Positions 16,795 to 25,230 of a DNA stretch of 64,000 nt are shown here, piece by piece. The first letter of the stretch is position 1, and the number at the start of each line of letters is the position of its first letter. The notes under the pieces are model-generated. The model was not told where the DNA came from, searched no databases, and saw nothing but the letters and a program-made list of their open reading frames with translations. Both the position numbers and the translations under genes were made by a program. The stretch spans positions 63,374-127,373 of IMG/VR virus record IMGVR_UViG_3300028854_000008; one strand, written 5' to 3'. The DNA comes from a virus (Duplodnaviria > Heunggongvirae > Uroviricota > Caudoviricetes).

Positions 16795-17412
16795 ATGATA
16801 GATTTATCAAAAAAACCAGTATTGGTTCTTAACACTGCATTTGAACCTTTGAATGTATGCAGCGCAAAACGCGCCCTTAAACTTATTGTTAAAGGCAGAG
16901 CGAAAATAGAAGAATCACATTTACAAAAAGTTCATACTACAAAAATGTGGGATGAGCTAACTGGAGAATTTGTTTTAATTGATCTATTTTTGCCAAGTGT
17001 CATTAGATTACTATCCTACAGATTTATTCCTGTACGCACACAACTTCTAACTAGGAAAAATATATTTAGCAGGGATAAAAATACTTGTCAATATTGTAAT
17101 CATGTATTTTCTCCAAAAAATTTAACTCTCGATCACATTTTACCAAGATCAAAAGGCGGAAAATCAACATGGGAAAATCTTGTTGCGTGTTGCCATGAAT
17201 GTAACACGTACAAAGGTGACACATTGCTATGTGATCTTAGAGATATGAAATTAATTAAAAACCCCAAATCAATTAATTCTCATACTTCTAAGCATTTGCT
17301 TAGAAATCAAGGAGCTGATGACCCTTTTTGGCGCAAATATTTATTCTTCGATAATGATAGTGAGGAAAATCAATGGACAGAGGAAATAGGAGATACAAAA
17401 CTCAAAAAATAG
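16795..17412 (+). CDS. HNH endonuclease
   Basis: CQYCNHVF...LDHILPRSKGGKSTWENLVACCHECNTYKG. Confidence 0.8.
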   Translation: MIDLSKKPVLVLNTAFEPLNVCSAKRALKLIVKGRAKIEESHLQKVHTTKMWDELTGEFVLIDLFLPSVIRLLSYRFIPVRTQLLTRKNIFSRDKNTCQYCNHVFSPKNLTLDHILPRSKGGKSTWENLVACCHECNTYKGDTLLCDLRDMKLIKNPKSINSHTSKHLLRNQGADDPFWRKYLFFDNDSEENQWTEEIGDTKLKK

Positions 17413-17621
17413 CAGAACGTAGAGCCAAACAACTGAAAGATTATCATAATAAATTTGGAGTATTTAATATATTACCAGAATCAGAACTAGAAACTGGTTA
17501 TTTTAAAAAAAATAATGGATTTACCATTAAAAAAGAATCTTCCAGATTGTGGAATAAAATACTTAAAAATAAAAAAGCTAAAAGAAAATACGAAAAGAGA
17601 AACCCACTTATTGAAAAATAG
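17373..17621 (+). CDS. hypothetical basic protein
   Basis: ORF track. Confidence 0.45.
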   Translation: MDRGNRRYKTQKIAERRAKQLKDYHNKFGVFNILPESELETGYFKKNNGFTIKKESSRLWNKILKNKKAKRKYEKRNPLIEK

Positions 17622-17638
17622 GTGGGTTTCTCTTTTCG
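17596..17638 (+). terminator. intrinsic terminator (12-bp stem AGAGAAACCCAC / GTGGGTTTCTCT + T tract)
   Basis: Perfect hairpin followed by TTTTCG. Confidence 0.6.
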
Positions 17639-17651
17639 TATAAATAGTAAT

Positions 17652-18134
17652 ATGAATAATACATTCAATAATTCTATTGGTGGCTCATCAATTACTATAA
17701 GTGGCACGACTGCTACTTCTTTCGTCAATGCTGTTAATTCAGCTAACATATATGGCATAACTGCAAATGTGACTGCAAATAAGATCAATATAATTTATGC
17801 AAATCCTGGGCCATTTTATATAAATGAAACTGATACTAAAAATACTCCTCTGGCTAATGCTGGAATAAAAACAGGAGAATATGGAATTTCTTCAAATTTG
17901 ACAGTAATTTCAGGAAATGTAGCAAGTCCATCTTTTAATGCCAATAGTTATTTTAGCTTAGGTGTAAATTGGAATTCCATTATAAATGCCATGCCCAAAT
18001 CTGCTAGAAGAGCATTTAAATGTAGCAACATTGCTACTCCAGAACGAAAAGCAGTTGGCACAATAGGATTTCGATCATTAAATAATTTTGCTAACACCCA
18101 CAGTCCAACAGCAGGCCATCCTTGGAGTACTTAA
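17652..18134 (+). CDS. hypothetical Asn/Ser-rich protein
   Basis: ATG in frame within ORF-track ORF 17622..18134. Confidence 0.5.
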   Translation: MNNTFNNSIGGSSITISGTTATSFVNAVNSANIYGITANVTANKINIIYANPGPFYINETDTKNTPLANAGIKTGEYGISSNLTVISGNVASPSFNANSYFSLGVNWNSIINAMPKSARRAFKCSNIATPERKAVGTIGFRSLNNFANTHSPTAGHPWST

Positions 18135-18211
18135 CTTCTTTAGTATCAAACATATAAATCATACTTGACAAATCTATTTAAGTTTGCTATACTATATTCA
18201 TAGTGTGAATT

Positions 18212-18871
18212 ATGAATAATATTCAGCAAACTCGATATAAATACCCAAGAACTTTCCATTTCCCAGAAAGCCCTGGTGCCATGAATGACGATAGGATTCT
18301 TGATCCAATAGAGTCTTATGCAAAATGGGATCATGAAGTCGTGATTACTGAAAAGAGAGATGGCGAAAATTTTTCAGGATATAATGACGGCTAGCATGTG
18401 AGAAGTTTGGACTATGAAGCGCATCCAAGCAGAAATCGAATCGCTGCACTTCACGCTCGTTTCTCTTATCTTATTCCTGATGGTTGGAGAATTTGCGCAG
18501 AAAATCTTACAGTGAAACACAGCATCAAGTATAAAGATTTGCAAGAAATTTGTGAAGTATTTGGAATTTGGAATGGAGAAACTTGTTTAAGTTGGGACGA
18601 TACTGTGATATTTTCTGCATTATTGGAATTACCAACAGTTCCTATTTTATGGAGAGGAATTTGGAATCCTGAATATTCTAGCGTGTTTGTAGATCAAATT
18701 TCAAGAATGATAAATCCAGAAACTCAAGAAGGATTTGTTGTTCGCCCAACAGCATCATTTCAAATGAAAGATTTTAATCATTTGGTTGGAAAATGGGTTA
18801 GAAAAGGTCACGTTACTTCTGGAGAACATTGGATGCGTTCTCAAATTGAATATAATGAAATCAGTGGTTGA
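18212..18871 (+). CDS. ATP-dependent RNA/DNA ligase-like protein interrupted by in-frame TAG (18392-18394); readthrough candidate or pseudogene
   Basis: Motif I ITEKRDGEN upstream of TAG; downstream same-frame ORF carries EGFVVR (motif IV) and VGKWVRKGH (motif V); ORFs 18212..18394 and 18398..18871 are in the same frame. Confidence 0.5.
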
Positions 18872-18970
18872 CAAAATTTAAGAAAAAGGATAATATGAAA
18901 TATATAGCTTGTATACTTTTACTATTAATTTTGGGATGCACTACTAGCTGAGGCTGGTGAAGGAGCAGAG

Positions 18971-19330
18971 ATGATTCAGCAATACGGGTTTGTTGCAGAC
19001 TTCGATAACGAGACAGAGAATCTAGTTCCTCAAGAATCTGGCGAATGGGTTACTCACGCGGATCACGTTGCGAAGTTGCAGCGGTGGAAGGATGCGCCGA
19101 GCGATCTGGTGGAACAGATGTGCCACGCATACGCTGGGGCTACAGGAGATCACCGCGCAAAGATGACCGCTGCACTCTCTGTAGAACAGTCGCATCCTCC
19201 TTCTGGATGGGTATCAGTGGAGGCAGTGCAAGAGGCTATTGTGAAGTGCTACAAAACATATTGCGGTGAAAGCGAGATCGTATTTGCTGAATATATGTGT
19301 AAGTATCTCTCCTCTGCCAAACCGAAGTAG
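18971..19330 (+). CDS. hypothetical protein on GC-rich island
   Basis: ORF track; local GC far above genome background. Confidence 0.45.
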   Translation: MIQQYGFVADFDNETENLVPQESGEWVTHADHVAKLQRWKDAPSDLVEQMCHAYAGATGDHRAKMTAALSVEQSHPPSGWVSVEAVQEAIVKCYKTYCGESEIVFAEYMCKYLSSAKPK

Positions 19331-19757
19331 CGTGTGACAGTGGAAGCAGAGACAGAGGAGTGCCTTCCATTTGATATTGTTTTGAAATGGAGAAAGATTA
19401 ACCGCAAGTAACCGCTCCCAACGATAAATATTTTAATTTTCATGATGTTTTTATATGAAAAGTTTTCAAAAAATAACAAAATAATGAGTTGACAAGGATA
19501 AATAACTATGATACTATAAATACAGTAAAGAAACACACAAATAATATGATAAACATCAATCAGTAGTGTAAATTTAAAATAAGAAAAATAACTAGTATAA
19601 TAAATATCAATCAGTAGTGTAAAATTAAGGATAAAGAAATGAAAAACAAAATGCGTAATCTCTACAATAGTTTCTGTGTATGGTATTTGAGTTCACCGCT
19701 CTATTGGCTAGTTATGCGTATCGGGATGGGGATGTAAAAGTTCATTAGAACTTTAAA

Positions 19758-19786
19758 AAAGCCCCAATAATATTGGGGCTTTTTAA
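19758..19786 (+). terminator. intrinsic terminator AGCCCCAATA/TATTGGGGCT + TTTTT
   Basis: Perfect 10-bp stem and T run, upstream of tRNA cluster. Confidence 0.6.
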
Positions 19787-19792
19787 TTTTGT

Positions 19793-19870
19793 AGCTGAAT
19801 AGCGCAATTGGCAGGAGGCAACAGACTCAAAATCTGTACAGTGTGGGTTCGAGTCCCACTTCAGCTACCA
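19793..19870 (+). tRNA. tRNA-Leu (CAA) with class-I body (short variable loop), CCA encoded
   Basis: Acceptor AGCTGAA/TTCAGCT, anticodon stem ACAGA/TCTGT loop CTCAAAA, T GTGGG-TTCGAGT-CCCAC, 5-nt variable loop. Confidence 0.65.
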
Positions 19871-19890
19871 AAAGTTTAAATGTAAAATGT

Positions 19891-19968
19891 GCCGTTGTAG
19901 ACCAATTGGAAGGAGTCACTTGACTTAGAATCAAGACAGTATGGGTTCGAATCCCTTGGACGGCACCA
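19891..19968 (+). tRNA. tRNA-Leu (TAG) with class-I body, CCA encoded
   Basis: Acceptor GCCGTTG/GGACGGC, anticodon stem CTTGA/TCAAG loop CTTAGAA, T-loop TTCGAAT, 5-nt variable loop. Confidence 0.6.
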
Positions 19969-19982
19969 AAAGTTTTAAATGT

Positions 19983-20076
19983 ATGAGTGAAGGGCAATCC
20001 GGTTTGGCTCAGCAGTCTCCAAAACTGCCGTCTCTGAGAAGAGCAAATGTAGGTTCAAATCCTACCACTCATGCCA
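19983..20076 (+). tRNA. tRNA with class-II body (20-nt variable arm) and anticodon CCA (Trp), CCA encoded
   Basis: Acceptor ATGAGTG/CACTCAT, D GGGC/GCTC, anticodon stem GCAGT/ACTGC perfect loop CTCCAAA, T GTAGG-TTCAAAT-CCTAC. Confidence 0.6.
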
Positions 20077-20089
20077 AAGTTTTAAATGT

Positions 20090-20180
20090 GCGTTAGCTAG
20101 TGAGACGATGGACACTGACTGGCCGTAACCCAGTTCTCTCTTTGAGAGCGATGGAGGTTTGAATCCTTCCTAACGCACCA
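20090..20180 (+). tRNA. tRNA-Tyr (GTA), canonical class II, C33, CCA encoded
   Basis: Acceptor GCGTTAG/CTAACGC, D AGTG/CACT, anticodon stem ACTGG/CCAGT loop CCGTAAC, long variable arm, T GGAGG-TTTGAAT-CCTTC. Confidence 0.75.
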
Positions 20181-20209
20181 AAAGTTTTAAAATACGAAGG
20201 GGAAATATA

Positions 20210-20494
20210 ATGACACTGGAAAATGAAAAGCTTATTGATTTAGCAACTAATGGATTGGAACTTTCAAATAAAATAAACGATCTTAATGACAGAATTAATA
20301 TTCTTCAAAGAGATTTAAACGAGTTAAATCAAAGAAAAATGAATGCAACTTTTCAAAAGCAAATTATATTAACAGAATTAGTTCGCAGAAAGTGTCATGA
20401 TATTGGCGGAGCGTTAACATTAATTAACAAAGGCGAAATTGACGGAAATAGCACTGAAATTTTTGACAGAGAGAGAAACAAAGTTAAGAAGTAA
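20210..20494 (+). CDS. hypothetical coiled-coil protein
   Basis: ORF track; GAAGGGGAAA SD. Confidence 0.5.
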   Translation: MTLENEKLIDLATNGLELSNKINDLNDRINILQRDLNELNQRKMNATFQKQIILTELVRRKCHDIGGALTLINKGEIDGNSTEIFDRERNKVKK

Positions 20495-20499
20495 AATAA

Positions 20500-20596
20500 G
20501 GGCAGTTGGGGGAGTGGCTTAACCCAAAAGTTTGCTAAACTTTCGGACCAGAATTAAATACTGGTTCCATTCGTTCAAATCGAATACTGCCCGCCA
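20500..20596 (+). tRNA. tRNA-Ser (GCT), class II, CCA encoded
   Basis: Acceptor GGGCAGT/ACTGCCC, D GGG/CCC, anticodon stem AAAGT/ACTTT loop TTGCTAA, 25-nt variable arm, T ATTCG-TTCAAAT-CGAAT. Confidence 0.8.
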
Positions 20597-20625
20597 AGTT
20601 TAAATTTATAAAAGGAGAAAAAGAC

Positions 20626-20796
20626 ATGCTCGATTATCGACTGTTACATTGTGAATGTGCCTGCCACTTTTTTCCAACAGTTATCAAACATACTGAACCT
20701 TGTTGTGATGCAGTAAAATTATTTAAAAAAGACATTGAGATAAAGACTAAGAAAGAAAAGGTAAATACAAAGAAGAATACACAGATGGATGCGTGA
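20626..20796 (+). CDS. hypothetical small Cys-rich protein (56 aa)
   Basis: ATG after AAAGGAGAAAAAGAC; below ORF-track cutoff. Confidence 0.35.
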   Translation: MLDYRLLHCECACHFFPTVIKHTEPCCDAVKLFKKDIEIKTKKEKVNTKKNTQMDA

Positions 20797-20855
20797 GTGG
20801 TTTATACGATCAGTTTATAAAAACTAACAACCCATTCCATCTGATACAAATTAAA

Positions 20856-20942
20856 TGGAGGTATTGGGCATTGGCAAGCCCTTCTGTCTCGAAAACAGAC
20901 GTACCGAAAGGACTTGGGGATTCGACTTCCTCTGCCTCCGCC
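20856..20942 (+). tRNA. tRNA-Ser (CGA), class II, CCA encoded
   Basis: Acceptor GGAGGTA/TGCCTCC, D GGG/CCC, anticodon stem TCTGT/ACAGA loop CTCGAAA, T GGGGA-TTCGACT-TCCTC. Confidence 0.75.
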
Positions 20943-20955
20943 ACTTGGAGAAATA

Positions 20956-21138
20956 ATGGCTTGGACAAATAGAAAATTTTATAAACGACATTCAAAAACG
21001 AATTTTTTAATGCTTTATTTGGAAAAGATTAAAAATGAAGAAAGAAGATTGCATGACATTCTTTGTGAACAACTTGCTTATTTGGAAGACGAAGAATGTA
21101 TAGAAAATTTTAATGATGATGATTGGATAAGTTGCTAA
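20956..21138 (+). CDS. hypothetical protein
   Basis: In-frame ATG within ORF-track ORF 20914..21138 after tRNA. Confidence 0.45.
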   Translation: MAWTNRKFYKRHSKTNFLMLYLEKIKNEERRLHDILCEQLAYLEDEECIENFNDDDWISC

Positions 21139-21651
21139 ATGAAAACTATTTTTTTATTTCTGTTAATATTATCATGCTCTGTTAGCATAGCTCAATCACC
21201 AGATTTTTCTGTCCCTAAAAAACATATTATTCCAATGATTTTTAATTATCCGGGATATAATATAACCAATGATAATAAACAAAGAAAAATGTTATTCATT
21301 GAACGATCAACATTTTTGCTGGATGAAACCACAACTTATATTGCAATTAATAAAACACCAAAGATAATAACATTAGCAGATGGTTCCAACCATACTTTTC
21401 CATTGCAGGAAGGTAATCCCATAATGTCAATATTTGGTAATAGAAATACTATTGGAATTTTGGGTTCTGGTATTTTTTGGGATAGTGTTTATAATATTAG
21501 CACCAGCGAATTATATAAATATTCTGATCATCATTATAGCAATAAAACTAGAAAAGTTATCCATGCTGGAATAATTATTATTGGATGCTATTACACTGAA
21601 GAACATATTAGGGCTGGAATTACGAATATTAATAATATTAAAAATTATTAA
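21139..21651 (+). CDS. hypothetical secreted protein (signal peptide)
   Basis: N-terminus MKTIFLFLLILSCSVSIAQS. Confidence 0.55.
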   Translation: MKTIFLFLLILSCSVSIAQSPDFSVPKKHIIPMIFNYPGYNITNDNKQRKMLFIERSTFLLDETTTYIAINKTPKIITLADGSNHTFPLQEGNPIMSIFGNRNTIGILGSGIFWDSVYNISTSELYKYSDHHYSNKTRKVIHAGIIIIGCYYTEEHIRAGITNINNIKNY

Positions 21652-21653
21652 AT

Positions 21654-21748
21654 GGAGAGGTGGCAGAGAGTCTTATTGCGATAGTCTAGAAAACTATTGG
21701 GCTTACTAATAATAAGTCCCGTGGGTTAAAATCCCACTCTCTCCTCCA
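21654..21748 (+). tRNA. tRNA-Ser (AGA), class II, T-loop TTAAAAT, CCA encoded
   Basis: Acceptor GGAGAGG/TCTCTCC, anticodon stem ATAGT/ACTAT loop CTAGAAA, T GTGGG/CCCAC. Confidence 0.7.
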
Positions 21749-21754
21749 TTTTAT

Positions 21755-21846
21755 GTGCTGATACGGAAGTGGCTTAACCGGGCGGTCTGCAAAATCGCTA
21801 TAATCATTAATTTGATTCGTGGGTTCGAATCCCACTCAGCACTCCA
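21755..21846 (+). tRNA. tRNA with class-II body (20-nt variable arm AATCA-TTAATTT-TGATT) and anticodon GCA (Cys), CCA encoded
   Basis: Acceptor GTGCTGA/TCAGCAC, D CGG/CCG, anticodon stem GCGGT/ATCGC loop CTGCAAA, T GTGGG-TTCGAAT-CCCAC. Confidence 0.6.
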
Positions 21847-21866
21847 AAATTCAAAAAGGAAAAATA

Positions 21867-22805
21867 ATGTTAGATTATTTGCTTTTAATAGTTGCATTGC
21901 TTATCAGTTGCGTTTCTGGTTTTTATTCCATTAGCGGATTAGTAAGCATTTTCTCAGGAGCATTTATTCCTGTAATTCTAATGGGATCAGTTCTTGAATT
22001 AGCAAAAGTAGTGATCGTTTTGTGGTTGCATTCTAATTGGGCAAAAACAAAAACATTTCTGAAAATTTATTTAACATCAGCAATTTTTATCCTAATGCTT
22101 ATTACCAGCATTGGGATTTTTGGTTTTCTCAGCAAGGCGCACGTTGCTCAATCAATCACAGGTTCTGAAATTCAATCTAAAATTTCCATTATTGATGAAC
22201 AAATTGCAAGTATTAAAAATGAAAAAAATGCAAATCAAGCAACATTATTACAATTAGATAATGCAATTACTCAAGTAGTTTCTCAAAGCAAAAATGAAGA
22301 AGGGGCAGCAAAAGCATTAAGAATTCGAAATGACCAGCAAAAAGAAAGAATTCAAATTAATATTTCTTTGAAAGACGAACAGGAAAATATTGTTAAACTT
22401 CAACAACTAGAAACGCCATTACAATTACAATTGGAGAAAAATGAAGTTGATGTTGGCCCAATTAAATATATTGCTGCTATGATTTTTGGAGACAATCCAA
22501 ATAAAAATCTTCTGGAAAGAGCAGTTCGATATATGATTATTTTGCTAGTGGCTGTATTCGATCCATTGGCAGTAGCAATGCTTTTAGCATCTGATTTACA
22601 CAAAACACCAATTGAAAATCCAATTGATATTCCATTAAAAAAGAAAAAGAAAAACTTTGTAAATAAAATTGCAGATAAGTACACAGATGATTTAATCTAT
22701 AAATTATCCAATGAAATAATTACAGTTGATGAACTTTCTGAATCTGAGCAGAACGCGGTTTTGAAAAAATTGAGTAAACAAAACAATGAAAATCGTGAGT
22801 CATAA
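21867..22805 (+). CDS. membrane protein with N-terminal TM helices and long coiled-coil
   Basis: ATG after AAAAAGGAAAAA SD, in frame with ORF-track ORF 21819..22805 (whose first 28 nt overlap the tRNA). Confidence 0.6.
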   Translation: MLDYLLLIVALLISCVSGFYSISGLVSIFSGAFIPVILMGSVLELAKVVIVLWLHSNWAKTKTFLKIYLTSAIFILMLITSIGIFGFLSKAHVAQSITGSEIQSKISIIDEQIASIKNEKNANQATLLQLDNAITQVVSQSKNEEGAAKALRIRNDQQKERIQINISLKDEQENIVKLQQLETPLQLQLEKNEVDVGPIKYIAAMIFGDNPNKNLLERAVRYMIILLVAVFDPLAVAMLLASDLHKTPIENPIDIPLKKKKKNFVNKIADKYTDDLIYKLSNEIITVDELSESEQNAVLKKLSKQNNENRES

Positions 22806-22944
22806 TGAATATATTTTGTAGTCCAAAAGAAGAGACGCTGGCAGTACTCGAAAGACGAAACTGGGGCTAAAAATATCAAATGGTAATTTGCAGTATAGCG
22901 TAACGGAATGAGGGTGCAAGACCCTTCGAAATATATTCATTATA
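22804..22944 (+). other. non-coding segment bracketed by 12-bp inverted repeat ATGAATATATTT / AAATATATTCAT; candidate structured RNA
   Basis: Perfect long-range inverted repeat; interior contains T-arm-like GGGT-GCAAG-ACCC. Confidence 0.25.
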
Positions 22945-22956
22945 AGTTGTTGATTT

Positions 22957-22992
22957 TAAATACTTTATTTTCTTATTGACATTTAAATTTAT
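22957..22992 (+). promoter_or_regulatory. conserved promoter element (TTATTTTCTTATTGACA-N17-TATACT), divergent copy
   Basis: Family of near-identical elements upstream of DUF4116 genes. Confidence 0.5.
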
Positions 22993-23250
22993 TTGGGATA
23001 TACTTTGTATATGAATGAAATTGAACAAATGGCTGCTGTACAACAATATGGCTGTGCAATTCAATACATCAAGAATCCAAGTGAAGCTGTGCAAATGGCT
23101 GCTGTACAACAATATGGCGAAGCAATTGAATATATAAAGAATCCAAGTGAAGCAATGCAAATGGCTGCTGTACAACAAGATGGCCATTTCATTCAATACA
23201 TCAAGAATCCAAGTGTGAATGCCAAATTAATGGCAAAATTGCTCTCATAA
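22993..23250 (+). CDS. DUF4116-type tandem-repeat protein (short, ~3 repeats)
   Basis: Repeats ..MAAVQQYGCAIQYIKNPSEAVQ..; tail INAKLMAKLLS. Confidence 0.6.
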   Translation: MGYTLYMNEIEQMAAVQQYGCAIQYIKNPSEAVQMAAVQQYGEAIEYIKNPSEAMQMAAVQQDGHFIQYIKNPSVNAKLMAKLLS

Positions 23251-23315
23251 GTTGTTAATTTTAAAGACTATATTTTCTTATTGACAGTTGAATTTATTTA
23301 GGATATGCTTTATAT

Positions 23316-23492
23316 ATGACATTGAAAGATAAACTCGAAAAGTATATTGATTCATTGCTAACTGAAGAATGCTTTGATCCAATTAGTTATTCCAGTGATG
23401 CTTATTACAAGAGATGTGAAATAAAAGCAGAAGTGTTAGAAGATGTAATTTATTGTCTGAAAGAGATTCTGAAGGAGAGCAATGAAAATTAA
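23316..23492 (+). CDS. hypothetical small protein (58 aa)
   Basis: ATG directly after conserved promoter element copy at ~23260-23310. Confidence 0.35.
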   Translation: MTLKDKLEKYIDSLLTEECFDPISYSSDAYYKRCEIKAEVLEDVIYCLKEILKESNEN

Positions 23493-23670
23493 TTACACCA
23501 AATTAAGCTATGAAGAAATGGCAGCAATTGTGAAAAACATTTCTGAAGAAACGAAGAATCGAAATCCTCTATTTGTTAATTCATATATGCAAGATTTTTA
23601 TGAAGTTGTGAATATTCTACGTTACTTTCATGAAAGAAAACAAGAAAGCCCTGGATTTGACGAACAATAG
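23482..23670 (+). CDS. hypothetical protein
   Basis: ORF track. Confidence 0.4.
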   Translation: MKINYTKLSYEEMAAIVKNISEETKNRNPLFVNSYMQDFYEVVNILRYFHERKQESPGFDEQ

Positions 23671-23688
23671 AATTCGAAAGGAAAAATA

Positions 23689-24093
23689 ATGTCAATAGCT
23701 GCCAAAGATTTTTGTCGTGTAGTAAAACATGGAGACATTGCTGTTGTTCGTCTCTCAAATCGAGACTCTGCATGTGGCTGCGCTCCTGATTGGTCGCTCA
23801 CCCAAACTGTGAAATTACACGTTCAACGTAGAGAAAGAGCATATAAAGAACGTGGCGTAGTTCACCCCGCTGGAGAAATTTGTGTTTTAGCCATTCAAAA
23901 TGGTGGATGGGCAGAATATCGTGAAGAAGATTGGGAACCAGATTTTGCTTTATTCATTACTGAAGAATATCGCATGGAAATTCAGAGTCTGAATGGTGAA
24001 GATGTTATTCCTGCAAAGCCCTCAATTAATATTCAAAATGAAATTGTTGCCATGCAAAAATCAATTCTAAAAAATTTGAAGGGACAATTATGA
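23689..24093 (+). CDS. hypothetical protein
   Basis: ORF track; GAAAGGAAAAATA SD. Confidence 0.5.
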   Translation: MSIAAKDFCRVVKHGDIAVVRLSNRDSACGCAPDWSLTQTVKLHVQRRERAYKERGVVHPAGEICVLAIQNGGWAEYREEDWEPDFALFITEEYRMEIQSLNGEDVIPAKPSINIQNEIVAMQKSILKNLKGQL

Positions 24094-24284
24094 CATTCAC
24101 AGATGAATTGCTCAGAGTTTTTAGTCTTGCAGCTATTGTAATTGGATTTTTTTGCCTAGTTTCTCTATCGTCATTAGCAATCATGCCTTATCCTGGAATA
24201 TGGCTATTATTTGCCATACCAGGAATTATTTCTGGACTTATTGGTTTAGCATATATTTACTGGAAGGATAAAACTGAGGAATAA
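24090..24284 (+). CDS. small membrane protein (2 TM)
   Basis: ATGA overlap; hydrophobic. Confidence 0.45.
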   Translation: MTFTDELLRVFSLAAIVIGFFCLVSLSSLAIMPYPGIWLLFAIPGIISGLIGLAYIYWKDKTEE

Positions 24285-24288
24285 AATT

Positions 24289-24531
24289 ATGTATGATATT
24301 ATCATAACAAATGCAGATTCCAACAAACCATTAAGAATGTTTGATAGTAATGGTATTACTTGGAATCTATTTGACTGGTGTGTTGAATATTTTGACGAAG
24401 AGCCATCTATTCTTCGCTATGAAGAATATGTTCCAGAAAATGAACAACCCAGTAAATTTATTCATGGCAAATATGGCCCATTTATTCTTGGAAATCTCAC
24501 TGGAGTAGTTTGGTCAAGAAAGAGGAAATAA
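24289..24531 (+). CDS. hypothetical protein
   Basis: ORF track. Confidence 0.45.
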   Translation: MYDIIITNADSNKPLRMFDSNGITWNLFDWCVEYFDEEPSILRYEEYVPENEQPSKFIHGKYGPFILGNLTGVVWSRKRK

Positions 24532-24753
24532 ATGAGTGTTGGAAAGTATTCACCTACAATTCGAGAAATTTATCCTACTCAAGAACTTTTTGATCTGCAA
24601 TTTCATCAGTCGGATAGTTCAATTTATGACGATGATGGTTATGACATGTATGGTTATGATGAAAATGATCTTGATCGAGACGGCCATGATCAATTTTATT
24701 ATGAGCAGGAAGCTTTGCGTGAAGAATTGGGAGAGGATTATGGTTCTTTTTAA
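24532..24753 (+). CDS. hypothetical acidic Asp/Tyr-rich protein
   Basis: ORF track. Confidence 0.45.
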   Translation: MSVGKYSPTIREIYPTQELFDLQFHQSDSSIYDDDGYDMYGYDENDLDRDGHDQFYYEQEALREELGEDYGSF

Positions 24754-24970
24754 AGCAAAAACAAATAAATTAGGAGATAAAAGAACTGTAATCAGTTTTG
24801 CATTATTTCCTACCAGAGTTTCTCAAAATAATACATCATCTGGTCCTATAATTTGGTTGGAACGATACATAAAATTTCAAACTTATTTTATCGCCGAAGG
24901 TGTAAATGAATGGCAAACTTATGATAAGGTAAGATATGACGAAGCATTAATTGAAAAGTTGAGCGAATAA
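24740..24970 (+). CDS. small protein of the IEKLSE-tail family
   Basis: In-frame ATG in ORF 24536..24970; paralog of next gene (FALFPTR/FAWFPTR, IIWLE.YI, ends IEKLSE). Confidence 0.5.
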   Translation: MVLFKAKTNKLGDKRTVISFALFPTRVSQNNTSSGPIIWLERYIKFQTYFIAEGVNEWQTYDKVRYDEALIEKLSE

Positions 24971-24971
24971 A

Positions 24972-25220
24972 ATGATAATTAAATCTCGAAAAATAATCAT
25001 AAAAGTAAAAAATGACCAAATTCGACAGCGAATCAAATTTGCGTGGTTTCCTACAAGAATGAAGTTATCAATAGAAGACAAATATGGCGAAATAATTTGG
25101 TTGGAAAAATATATAATTTTTGAAAAATATCAACATTCTCCATATGATTCTATAAAAGGATGGAAGTTGCATCAGAAAGTAAGAATTTCCGATGCAACTA
25201 TTGAAAAATTGAGCGAATAA
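24972..25220 (+). CDS. small protein of the IEKLSE-tail family
   Basis: Paralog of previous; ends TIEKLSE. Confidence 0.5.
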   Translation: MIIKSRKIIIKVKNDQIRQRIKFAWFPTRMKLSIEDKYGEIIWLEKYIIFEKYQHSPYDSIKGWKLHQKVRISDATIEKLSE

Positions 25221-25230
25221 GGAGAAATAA

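Noticed and set aside
19553-19622. 18-bp direct repeat ATCAATCAGTAGTGTAAA x2 considered as an attachment site or mini-array
   Set aside because: Only two copies in an AT-rich intergenic region next to a small ORF and terminator, with no integrase nearby; most likely a small local duplication.
24536-24970. Full-length ORF 24536..24970 (144 aa)
   Set aside because: Its N-terminal two-thirds overlaps, in another frame, the better-supported acidic protein 24532..24753. Only the C-terminal part from ATG 24740 is paralogous to the next gene.
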